Source: Piromyces finnis finn
Lineage: Eukaryota; Fungi; Neocallimastigomycota
Assembly (NCBI GenBank): GCA_002104945.1
Contig: MCFH01000053.1
Coordinates: forward strand, 124,001-188,000
DNA length: 64,000 bases
Direction of reading: 5' to 3'
The translations under genes and the position numbers were made by a program. The notes beneath the pieces are model-generated. The model saw nothing but the letters and a program-made list of their open reading frames with translations, was not told the DNA's origin and did no database searches. The stretch's first letter is position 1, and each line of letters opens with the position of its first letter. Below, piece by piece: positions 24,379-37,640 of the stretch.

Positions 24379-25156
24379 AATATAGATAATTATTAATTAA
24401 ATTTTAATTTAAAATTTAAAATATAATTAAAATTTAAGAAGGCTTAAACAAAATTTCATAGATTTTTTTTTTTTAAAAGAAAATGTATAAAATATATAGA
24501 AATTATTAAATAATAACTTTTTAGTATTAATGATATATAGTTTTTAGTTTATAATCTTTAGTAAAAACTACTTTAAATAATTTATTTAGAGAATTTTTAT
24601 TTTGTAAAATCTTGATAGATATAACGATCTATCATTATATGATTAAAATAATTAAAAATAATTTTCCAAGTAATAAGAATACTTTATAAATAATTAATGT
24701 TTGATATTTATTACAAAAATAAAATATTTTAAACTTATTATTATTTTATATTTAAAATTTAAATAATTTTATGATTTTTTTAAATTAAACAACAAAAACA
24801 ACAAAAACAACAAAAAACAAAAAACAAACAAGTAACTTAGCTAATTATATTTATATATATTTCTTATTATCTTTTTTTTTTTTTTGAAATCTTTTACTAA
24901 AAAATTTTTGAAGTTTTTTTAAATTATTGAAAAATGAATGGATTTTACAAGTATAATTTTAAATTAAAAATAAATTAAAAAAAAATTAATTGAATCTTTT
25001 TTTAAAATTTCAAACTTTAAATATTAATAAATTCTAATTAATACTTTATATTTCTTTTGTTAACTTTTTTTTTCTTATTTATAATTTATAAAAAATACTT
25101 TATAACTTTATCTTATTTAAACTCTAAATAATTGTAAAAGCTATACTTTCAATTTT

Positions 25157-25191
<35 letters not shown>

Positions 25192-25674
25192 ACATGGGTG
25201 GAATAATAGGAGGAAAAATATTAAAGATTTTAATTCATTATTTTGAAAAAAGTTTTAATTATAATATATTTCCAAAAATTTTAAATCACAATTTTATTTT
25301 TCTGTAATAGAAAAATTAATAGGAAAATATTTTTTTTTATTATTTTAGTTCTATATTTATTATAAGAATATATATATATATATAAATAAAGTGGACGATT
25401 ATACTAGTAATGATCTATTTTTTTTTTTTTAATAAAAATGTATAAATAGAGTGAAGAAAAAAAAAAAAATCTATAAATTAAACTATCGTTTTATTATAAT
25501 TAAATAATTACAAATATTTTTTTTTTTTTTTTTAAATAAAATAAATAATGATATAATATATAAAAGATAAGGATGTTTTTCTGTTACTATGCATAATAAT
25601 AATTATTATTATTTCACAATTTCTAATGCTTTTGATGAATGAATAAACAAACTCAATATAAAGAGTTTATGAAC

Positions 25675-28664
25675 TTATTTGACATGTAAAAATTTACAAT
25701 TGTCACCGTATTTACATGTTCCTTCCTTGGAAAAGAAGACACATGGTGTTTGATTTTGGGAATAAGCTTTTTGACCATTAAAATTGGAAGGTGTTGTAGT
25801 CTTATTAGCATTATTAAATTCTTTATTATTTTCAGTTTTATTAGTAGAAGAATTGTTTACATTACTATTAGTTTGAGATGAGTTTACTATAGTAATTGAA
25901 GCGGGATTGGAACTTGAATTGTCATTATCATTTACAGTAGTTGATTTATCCTCGTTATTTGATTTATAATTCATACTTTTAGCATTTCCATTTTTTATAG
26001 AAACATCTTCATTTCCGTTTTTCTTATAGTTTGAGTATTCTGACTTTAATTTTGGATCAGAATTTTTTAACATATGTCTTGATGATTTTCTATTCATAAT
26101 ATGTCCTTTATTCATACTGTCTGTTTCATTGTAACTGCCAGTGTAATTATTACCATTACCGGAATATGATTTATATGGAGAATTAAAAGATTTTCTATTA
26201 TTTTCATAGCTGTGATTATTACGTCCATCAAAGTTATGATTATCTCCATTGTAATTATTAGCATGGATATGTAAGAATTTACAATTCTTTCCATTACTAC
26301 AACCTCTTGGATCATTATAATAATGACAAATAGTATTAGAATGGCTGTGATGAGGAATAGCTGGATCAATAGCTTCTATTGGCTTATATTCTTTAGATGT
26401 TTGACTACGATAACTTGGAGGATTAATAAAGGAAGCATGCTTACGTAATTTGTGATGATTTAAAGGAATATCTTTTTTACCATATGAGTCATATTTTTCA
26501 TGCAATTTACGATCTCCTTTTTTACCATATTTTAGGTCATTTGAAGAATATGTTGATACACGATTATTAATTCTATTTTTACTCATATCATTATTATTCA
26601 TGTCCATTGATGGATTTCTTGTGGAACCTCTATAACTATTCATATTTTGGTAACTTGATCTATGTTTTACACCACGATTTATATTAGAGGTACGTAAATA
26701 ACGAGAATTAGAACTTCCAAATCTACTGTTGTAGGATGAATTAGCATACATAGAATGATTAAGTCTACGAGAAATGTAAGAGCTTCTTGAAGTTTGAATA
26801 TGCTTGTATGGACAATGTTTACCTGCTGAACATCCTCTTGGAGTTCCATAGTAACGACAAACAGTACCACTGACATTATCTTTATCAGTTAAAGGCTTAG
26901 TAAATGTTCTCTTAAAATCTGAACCTCTGATAGATAATACTACTGGCTTTTTAGTTTTTGATTGATCTTTTTCATTATTTTCATTTTCTTGATTATCTTG
27001 ATTATTTTCTTCCGCATCTGAAAGATAATCTGGATCATTATAAGTTATATCTTTGCAATCACTATATAAATGTTTAATATCATTAAGTGATAATCCCATC
27101 ATTTTGGCAATTGAAATTCTGTTACTTTTCTTCCATCCTTTGGTTAAGATACTTAAGGCAGATTCACTAAAAAAGAAAAAAATTAATTGAAAAAAAAATG
27201 TGGGAAAACAATTAATATATGTAAAAAAAAAATAATTAGCTATTTCAAGCTAATTTTTATAATTATTATACTATTATTCCAATAGCTAAACTACAATTAT
27301 TATTCTGTATATTTTCATTAAATATTTTAAAAAACTATAGCTAATTATTTTATTATTTAAGCATATTTTTACCATTGCTTATTTGTCCAATCCATCAAAT
27401 CAGCTAAGTCCATAAGGAATGGACCATAATATTCCTTATAGTTTTCTTCAATACTCTTATCATTAACTTCATTGGACATAATGAATTTAATAATACTATC
27501 AGGTTCCCAGAAGTCTTTAAAGCTAGAAAAGAATAAAGCGAGTTCTTTTGGATAACCATTTTGAACATCATCAAGACAAGTATGATGTAATACTTGCTTA
27601 ATGAAGGAATAAATTTCATTTAGATCAGCATTGGCAGCTTCTTCTTCAGTTTGTGCTGTATTAGCGGATGCGTTTTCATTAGGAGTTTTATTACGATTTC
27701 TGATAATTTGACGACGTTGCTTTTGTTGTAAAGGTTCAATATATTTTTCAATGACGATTCTTGTAGCAAGACCAAAATGCTTAGATTCGACACCTTCTTC
27801 TTCTTCCTCTTCTTCCTTTTGACTATTTACTTGATATTCATATAAGAGATAAGAAATATATTCAGCAATTTGTTCAGTATTACCATCAGTTACTTCCCAA
27901 ATAAGTTTGATAACTTTATCTAATTCCAAATCACCAAATAATTCAGAAAATAAGGAAAGCATAAAATTTAAATATTCACTATTATTAGTTTTATCACTAT
28001 CTTCTTCAATTTCTATATTATTAATATGTTGGAATATATTTTGAAGTAATTCCTTCATATCTAAAAAAGATTACAAAAATATAATAAAAATTTAAAAATT
28101 AATTAAAATTTAATTTCCTTTTTTTTTTTTTTTATTTGCATTTTTTTTAATACATTATAATTCTACTTTACCTTTATCATTTGGGTTAAGAAGGGCTTTT
28201 AAGCTTGAAATTAAGATTGTAATAATGGCAGTAGACTTAACATTAAGTAGATCTTTTTTATTACTTGGCATAATATAATTAATAGTACTTTCAATATGTC
28301 CATTAGTTTTATTGTGAATATACTTTGTAACTAAACTGTAAATTTGATTAGCGATATCGTTGCTTTGAATGTCCTGTAAAACAGAAATAAGTGAAATAAA
28401 AAGATTTGATATATATTTTTTAGTGATGAGTGAATCTTCTTCTGTTTCCATATCATCTTGACATTTTGAAATTGGGTCAATATCATTTAAAAATTGATCA
28501 TAATCTTTTATTTCCCATTTTAAAATATCAACTTCAGAATCTTTAACAATAAAATTGAATAAATCATCAATTCCTGATAATTTAGTATTATTGATAGATT
28601 CAGTAAATATTGAAACGGCTTTTAAAATTGTTTCATTTTTCATATTATTTTCACTTGAAGACAT
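25675..28664 (-). CDS. Three-exon CCCH zinc-finger protein (3 dispersed C-x8-C-x5-C-x3-H fingers) with an uncharacterised helical N-terminal half
   Basis: ORFs 28155-28664, 27369-28058 and 25675-27102 join in phase through GT-AG introns (K-G|GT...AG|AT; TG|GT...AG|T). Fingers: CRYYGTPRGCSAGKHCPYKH, CHYYNDPRGCSNGKNCKFLH, CVFFSKEGTCKYGDNCKFLH. Confidence 0.8.
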
Positions 28665-31565
28665 TTTTATTTATTTATTTATTATTTATTTATTATTTTT
28701 TATTTTATTTTATTTTATTCCTTTTCTTTTTTTCTTTTCTTTTCTTTCTTTCCTTCTTCTTCTTTTTTTTTTTTTAAATTATGTAAATTAATAAACAATA
28801 TAATAATTAATTAGAAGACATTATTAAATTTAGAATAATTTATTGAAATTAAAATAAAAATCTATATAAATGAAAAATTAAATGTTTATTTTTCTTTTTT
28901 TTTTTTTTCATTATTTTTTTTTCTTTTCTTTTCTTAGACCTACCTTTTATAATTATAAATATTAACTGTACTATATAGATAAATTTGAAATAATTTACTT
29001 TTTTTTTTTTTTTTTTTAATAGTTTATTGATTATATTATTATTATTATTATTTTTTAGTTTTTTAATTGATTATCTAATTTTTTTTCTATAATTCTTATA
29101 TATATTATGCTTATCTATATATATTAAGAATTGTTATTATTTATAATTATATATTTCAGATTTTGATTTAATCTTTTTATTTTTACTTTTATTATTCCTG
29201 TTATATATTGAACCTTTATTTTAATATTTAATCAAATTTATTGTAAAAATTTTAAATATACGCTTTTTTTTTTTTTCTAATTAATAATAAATATTAAAAA
29301 TTAAATTTAATATATTCTAATATATTTATTTATATAATAGTTTTTTTTATGATAAAGATGGTATATACATTTCATAAATAATTCTTATATATTAATAATA
29401 TATTAGATGCTTCTTCATATTCTTTTTTTTTTTTTTTTACTTTATTGGAAATAATTAATTAATATATGCTTTCAATAAAAGCAAATTATTTAAAATATGA
29501 CGCCAATAAATTGTAATATATCTTTAATTTAAATAAATTTTAATAATAAAACCTTCCTTAATAGGAATGTTTGATTTTATGTCGTACAATATCAATATCC
29601 GCAATAAAGAAAGAAAGAAAACATTAAGTTTTTTTTTAAAACATAATATTCTTTCTTTGAAATTTCATTTATTCATCTTGAATATTAATAATATAATATA
29701 ATAATTACATAATAATAAAAATAATATTAAATATTCAATAATTAATTATTAATTAACCCTTAAACTTTATCGTTATTATTTTAGATTTTATTTAAAAAAT
29801 TTAAAAGCCATGTCTAAAATGTTAGAAAAAAATCTTATTATTATTGTATTATTGTTTTTATTATTATTTTCGAATACCAATAATTTTATTACAATATATA
29901 AAATTTTATATTTTTGAAAAATGGTCAAACAATTTTTACTATTATTAACAAAAGTGTTAATATTCTTTTATATTTCAATAATATATTGAAATAAATTAAC
30001 AATTAAATTTATGTGATTCTAATTGTACAAGTAAACTTTTAACCAATCATATTTCAATTACACACATATTATATTGGCTATTTTTGGTACATTGTATTAA
30101 TATTGTAATAAATCATGTATAAATGGAAAAAATTACTTTGCAAAATTTAAAAGGAAAATAGGAAAATAGTTTTTAAATGTTAAATTATGTTTTTATATGT
30201 ATATATGTATATATTATAATATAAATACAATGACTAGATAATTATTATAAAGTATTTTCGATAAAAAAATAAAATTATATTAACATATAAAGATATGTTT
30301 AATGTAATATATTGAATAGTGAATTTAGTTATATATAGGTGATGCTTATATAAATTTAAAATTTAGTATTATTCCAATTTTCTATAGATGATGAAAAATA
30401 ATAATGACAATAAATTAAAATGCTAAAAAAAACTATATAAATTACTTTTTTTTTTTTAAGTTTTTTTTAAATGTCAAATTATTTTTTTTATGAAAATCAT
30501 TATTATTTTTCCTTTTAAACATTGGTAATTTATTGGTAAAAATTCAGATCAGTATAATATGTGGATTTTAATTTATTATTTTATTTTACAATTATTTTAA
30601 GATTAATATTATTAATGTAATAAATAAGAAATACAATAAGCTATATATTATTAATAATAAAACCTTTGTTAACATTAATAACCTATATAAATTCTATTAA
30701 AAAAAAAAAGTAAAAAATGAAAATGTATATTTTTGGTTTATAATAAGATAAATATTTTAAATGTATGCATTTTGATAATAAAAAAAACAATTTAATAGTT
30801 TATATATAAATAATTATTTATTATTGCTCATAGAAAATAGTATTATTTTGTTATTTTAAATATATATATATATAATTTAAATAGTTATATTATTTTCATT
30901 CAGACAGAAACATAAGAATAAGTTATATAATAATCCAATATATATATGGTATTATTTCTGATTTTATATAGAATCTATAATATTTAGTAAATATATTTTA
31001 AAAATAGATCAAGTGAATTTATAAGAATATTTTGAGTAAATAACTTTAAAATATTACAAAAAAACAAAATATTTTTACAAAGTATTTTATATTTATTACT
31101 AATAGAAAATAATTTAATATTTTAAAAAAAGGAAATCTATTCATGAATTTTCTCTTTTCAAATTATACTTTATAAATTTTCAAAAATTAAAACTAAATTG
31201 GAAATATTAATTTTATTTTTCTCCAAGTTATATACCATATACATATTACAATGTAATACAATATATTAATTAAAAATGTAATTTTAAATAGAAAAAGTAA
31301 TAATAATGTTTATGTTTTAAAAAACATAATATATTTTTATTAAATATTTACCTAATTTGTTTTTCTTATTTTTATATAGAAGCAATGAAAAGTTTATTTA
31401 TAAAAAGTATCTAAAAATCTTTATACAATATTATCTTTCATTATTCTAATATATGTTTTATTATAAGATTATAAAAAAGATAATTGTTATATCATATAAT
31501 AAAAATCATTATATAGTAAATTGTTATTAATAATTAAAATTTATATTTTAATTAAGAAAAACAAA

Positions 31566-31752
<187 letters not shown>

Positions 31753-31863
31753 CAATTTCTCTATAAATATATAATTTATTTTAAAAGGGAATTTTATTTT
31801 ATTTTTTTACTACTAAAATTATTTAATTATATATGATACACTACTATTTATAATCTTTTATTT

Positions 31864-32971
31864 TTAATTACAAGAAGAGCAACATTGTCCAAAACCCATA
31901 TATCTAAAATTAAATAATTTTGTATTATATATTATTTAAAATGTTTAATAACTAACAAAATATCAAAATATTAGTGAATCTTTATTTATATTTCTATATA
32001 ATAAAGTACCTTGCATCTATTGTTTTATTATCCTTATAATAAGTATCAAAACTAGAAAATTTTTTCTTTTTATCTTTATTTTTATATCTTGCTGCTGCTT
32101 GTGGCTGTATATATATGACATAATAAAGAATAACAATATTTTAAATTATTTAATGTTAATAAGAATAATGAAATTACTAATATTTTTAGAATAAATATTT
32201 AAAATCTAAATTCTAAATATTGTATATTTTAATATTTATACATTTTGTTTTGAAAAATCCATCATTTTGATATTTTATGTATTGCTTAATTCATATAAAT
32301 TCTAAAAATAAAAAAGTAAAAAAAAAAAAAAAACATAGTTTTACTTACAGATATTAAAGAATGGAAAAACATATATATGAAAGTGTAGAGAGTTTTTAAA
32401 TTATAGTAAATAATTAATAAATAGTGTAAAATTTTGGAATCTTTTGACTCAAAACCTTTATTTTTTCTACGTTCATTTGCCAAATCTGATTTTGCTTCTG
32501 GAGCTAGGTTTTTATTATTACTACTATCATTACTATCATTACTACTATTATTAATGACAGAAATATCTTCTTCATTTATTTGATTTATTGATGCTTTTGT
32601 TTCTAATAATGATTGTGATTTATTGAAATCCTTTATATTTTCTTTTTGTACTTTTTTTATTTCAATTAATTTCGTATTCTTTCTTTTTCTTAAAAGACAT
32701 GAATCTTCATATTGTTTTTTTCTTATTTCTTTTAATTCATTAAGTACTTCATTATTTTTTTCTTTTTTTTCTTCTTCTTCTTCTTTTTTTTTTTTTTTTA
32801 AATAAAATATGTATAATTTTTCATTATTATTTTTAAAATATTATTAAAAAGATAATTGAGATTATTTTGAAATTAATAATTTTGGTCTTTATTATTAATT
32901 AAATATTAAATTAAAAAAAACTATTATATGGCTTATAGTTATAAGTTATATAAGATACCTTTTAATTTCAT
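31864..32971 (-). CDS. Predicted single-pass membrane protein: N-terminal charged coiled coil, then a SelK/SelG-like TM and Cys-rich tail
   Basis: Model exons 32971-32959, about 32783-32349, 32104-32010, 31903-31864 give MKLKEEEEE...LYTFIYMFFHSLISPQAAARYK...DARYMGFGQCCSSCN*. Phases are consistent. The start exon is tentative. Confidence 0.5.
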
Positions 32972-33164
32972 TTTATTATAGTTATAATATTGTTATAATT
33001 TAGTATTTTTATTTAAATTATTTCGGATATATTTCTAAATAAATTTTTAGAACATATCTAATATATAAAAGAATATTGTTAATAATATTTTTAATATGTA
33101 ATTTCAAAATTTTATTAAATTAATATAAAATGAAGCTAAAAAAAAAATAAATAAAAATTAACTA

Positions 33165-33315
<151 letters not shown>

Positions 33316-33446
33316 TAAATAAATAAAATAAATAAAAAAAAAAAAAAACCATTTTAAACAAAATTAATTGAGATTTTTTAAACACTAATATTTATATTTA
33401 TAAAAAAAATAAAATAAATAAACAAATACACAATTACAAAAATAAA

Positions 33447-34598
33447 ATGGGTGAATTTAAAGATATAAGAATTGTTGATAATTTTTATCAAACATCTTCT
33501 TTCTTTCCAATGCCAACAACATTAATTGGAACCATGGATGAAAATTTCGAGACTTCATTTGGAGCGTATTCCTTAGTTTTTCCATATTATATAGGTTCAA
33601 AAGAATTTTATGCAATGCTACTAGAATGTAGAAATTCCTCAAATACTTGTAAAAATCTTCTTCGACATGGTAAATGTACAATTAATTTTATGCCAGATAA
33701 TAAAAAATACTTTAAAGGAATTGTTGCTTTGGGTTATCCTGGTGATACTCCAGAACAAAAAAGAAAAACAAATATGTTCACCCCCGTAGACGGATTATTA
33801 CAAAAAGAAAAACCAGAAGGTAAATTTCCAAAAATATTAAATGAAGCATTTCAAGTTTTTGAATGTACCTGGTTAAAAGAACTTGATAATGCTCAGAATG
33901 ACGTAATTAAGGAAGAATATAATGGTCCTTATCATGATTTTAATGGTATAACAAGTCGATTTGGTGCCCATTTTATATTGAAAATAGAAAAAATATTGAT
34001 AAAAGAGAAGTATTGTAATGCCTTATTAAATGGTGTAAATAAAGATAATTTCCCTCCAATTCCAACAAATTTTGGTTATCGTGATTCCATTCATTTCTGG
34101 GAATCCCAATTTAAAAAGCCTTTTTACGAAAATATTCCTAAAAAAAATGTTGATATAGAATCAATTCGATATGCCGCAAATCGAGCAGATGATACTGTAA
34201 AATTTACAGATGAAGCTTTGGAAATGATTATTAATGTTCCACGTATATTCTTAAACACAGTTCTTAAAGGTTGTGTTAAATGGGCAAAAGAAAATAATGT
34301 CACATTAATTACTCCAGAAGAAATGAAGAAAATAAATGAAAAAAGTAGGAGTTCATAGTAGAAAGAAATAATGATAATAAAAGTTTTTTATTTATTGAAT
34401 TTAAATGAAATATATTAACTTTTTATTTTATTTTATAATTTTTTTTTTCGGGATTGTATAGGAAATAATCATAAATCATTATCTAGAAAATCAAACAATA
34501 ACGCGTTAGATTTCTGTAAATCACATTTAGTTTCCATATCAAGTATTGTTGTTTTTGTTGGTGTAGCAATTACTTTCTATATCAACAAATCTATATGA
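33447..34598 (+). CDS. Bacterial-type flavin-reductase-like (FMN split-barrel/flavoredoxin) protein with C-terminal PCP_red-like helical domain; probable second exon (34462-34598) adds a tail anchor
   Basis: FFPMPTTLIGT..SFGAYSL..CRNSSNTCKNLLRHGKCTINF..AFQVFECT fits the split-barrel flavin reductase pattern. KFTDEALEMIINVPRIFLNTVLKGCVKWAKENNVTLITPE fits the PCP_red pattern. The unspliced ORF ends at 34358. Intron 34345-34461 (GT..TATAG) extends the frame to TGA 34596-34598. Confidence 0.75.
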
Positions 34599-35301
34599 AT
34601 ATCATAATTTATATGATTATCAAATTCATTAGCAATATACAATATACATAAAAGTAATAATATTAATATAAAAATTAAGTAAACTAAGCAATATTAAACA
34701 ATATTTATTATCATTTTTGAATATATATAGTAAACAATGGAGAAATAGTAACAATAACAACAATGAATAAAAAAACAATATTATTTATTTAAGAGAACAT
34801 CAAAAATTCAAAGTTCTTATAAATTAATTATTATTGCTATTATACATTATAAATAAAAATTTATAATTATACTTGTAGCAAAAATCAAAATTCAAAAATT
34901 AAAAAAACAAGCTAAAATAATATTATATAAAATTTTATAAAATATTATTTATGGTATAACTTAATTATAAACAAAAGTCTTATATAAGATAAACCTTTTT
35001 TTAAAAACAATATTATAGCTTTTGCAATAAAAAAAATAACCAAAATTAAAAAATAACAATAATAAAAAAGCAAACAAACAAACATAAAATAAATAACATA
35101 TAAAAATTTAATTTATATTATCATCTAATAATAAACATATAAATATGTATAATACAGGATTAAATTTTATTTAAAAATAATATAAAATATTTGTAATAAA
35201 TAATAATAAAAATAAACATAATAAACATAATAATAAACATAATAATAAACATAATAATAATAATAATAATAAACATAATAATAATAAAATACTAGACTTT
35301 A

Positions 35302-35429
35302 ATATTTATTATTAATGCTTAAATTTTCTTATTTATTATTATTAAGAGTGTGAATATATAGAGACATATTTATTATTAATGCTTAAATTTTCTTATTTAT
35401 TATTATTAAGAGTGTGAATATATAGAGAC
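35302..35429. repeat. Perfect tandem duplication of a 64-bp unit
   Basis: ATATTTATTATTAATGCTTAAATTTTC...AAGAGTGTGAATATATAGAGAC occurs at 35302-35365 and again at 35366-35429. Confidence 0.9.
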
Positions 35430-37542
35430 AAAAAATGAAAACTAAGTATTTATTTTCTATCTCATTCAAATTTTTCATTTTAATTTTCATTAATTATTAA
35501 TTTCTGTATTATATGATAAAAAATAAATTAAATTGATAAATAATAACCAATAAAATTTTATCCTGACTTTTTTTTTTAAGTTTTTAAAAATGAAATTAAA
35601 TTTCATTTAGAAAAAAGATAACAAATTTTAATAATACATAATAATAATTAATTTGCAAAATTTGATAGCAATTAAACAATAATGAAATGAAATTTGATAA
35701 TATATTTTTATGCTTATTATTTCATTAATGTTAATGTTAATATTTTAATGAAGTTTATTAATATAATATATACTTAAGTAAAGGAAGTGATGATAACAAA
35801 GAGGATAAGGTATGATTTGTTGTATATATATTTTCTGTAAAAATAATATACATTCAAAAACTATTTTTTTTTATTTATATTTTTAAAATGTTATTTTTCA
35901 TTTAATCCATTCCATTTTTTCTTACAATTAAACTTTTAATATAGTTGGGAAATGAAAAATTGAAGAAATTGATTGATATTTAGCGAATAATTAAAATAAT
36001 ATAGGAAAAGAAATAGGAGGATAATTTTGGTCCATTTTATAATGTTGATAGAAATTTTTCTTTATTATTTTTTTATATACATATTTTAAATTATTGTTAA
36101 ATGTCTCAATTATTTTTCATTTTTTGTTACTAATTATATTAAGAAGTGTATGAAAAAATATGTGATTTATATAGGAAAATGACAAAAAAATATAAATAAA
36201 TTCAATAATTAGTTTTTGAGAATAATCAATGACCCCAACTTGATCTTATTTGATCCTTATGTTATTTTAATTTATAATTAAAAACAGCAACAACTAATTA
36301 ATACTATCCATTATAAAGATTAATTATATTAATTATGTAAAATAATAATGAAATTATTATTTATATTTTGTATTTATTTGATAATTCAGGTAATTTTTGA
36401 ATTAAAATTAAATAATGTATGAAAAATAAAAATAATTTATAATAAAATCAATAAAAATTAACATATGTGATATAATTTTTAAAACTTACATTTAATTCTC
36501 TAATTTTAAGCTTTTCATTTCTTTTATAATTCTATTATAATCATTATATTATTTTTTATTGTTATATAAATGAAATTAAACATTGAAGGAAAAAAAATTT
36601 GGTTATACTATATAACATTTATAGTAAGAATAGAAAAAAAATACAAACGAATAAAAAAGAACAATAAATTAAACAAATTATAAATGTAATTATATGGTTA
36701 GTGATTTTGTAAATTTGGTTAGTTTATGAGTTAATTATTGTTTTTTTTTTTTTTTTTTTTTTTTTTGATATAATAGAAGGAAAATACTAATAAAATATTT
36801 TATTAGTAGGTGCTTATATAATTATTAATATAAAATTCTAAAATTATTAAAACGTATGGTAATAATATTATTAAACATAATTTTTACTTTAAAGTTTAAA
36901 TAACTATTTACAAATAAAATATAAAGTAAATGGAGTTTATTTTCTCCAATATTAATTAAAATATATTATTTATATATTTTTTTTCTATTGAGTGCCATGA
37001 TATTGACAAGTTACTTTAAATATAATACTTCAACCTAATTTTATAAATAAAATAATATGTCATCATAATTTATAAATTTATTATAGTTTTTTTTTTCGGT
37101 AGGCTAATAATAAAAAGAAATACTTTAGAAAGCAATAACAGTAATCATTGGATACTAAAAAAAAAAAGATATAATTAGGAATAATTAATATAGAGGTATC
37201 TCTATATTAATTATTAAATGAATACTTTAATTATTCTAAAACTCATAAATCAATATGAATATTCTTATTTTAAGTATTATTAAAAATACTATTATAATAA
37301 TATTTTGCTACATTTATTTATTAGTATATTGATAAAAATACAAAAATTATATTTTTTTATTTTTATCATATATATTAAAAATTCGATAGGGAATTATTAA
37401 AAATTATATATATTTTAACTACTCCTATAATTATTTTAATAAGAGAAGAACCATAATAATAAATCTAGTTGTTGATAAGGATATAAAATATACTAAAAAG
37501 AGAATTAAGTATTAACAAAAATATACAAAGATAATAAATAAA

Positions 37543-37640
37543 ATACTAATAATACTAATACTAATACTAATACTAATACTAATACTAATACTAATACTAA
37601 TACTAATACTAATACTAATATTAATACTAATACTAATAAT
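37543..37640. repeat. (ACTAAT)n hexanucleotide repeat
   Basis: Direct reading; it is the source of the spurious ISISIS ORF. Confidence 0.9.

Noticed and set aside
32230-32302. Extra internal exon in the SelK-like gene
   Set aside because: Every acceptor/phase combination either hits a stop or breaks phase with the next exon, whereas skipping it gives a clean frame.
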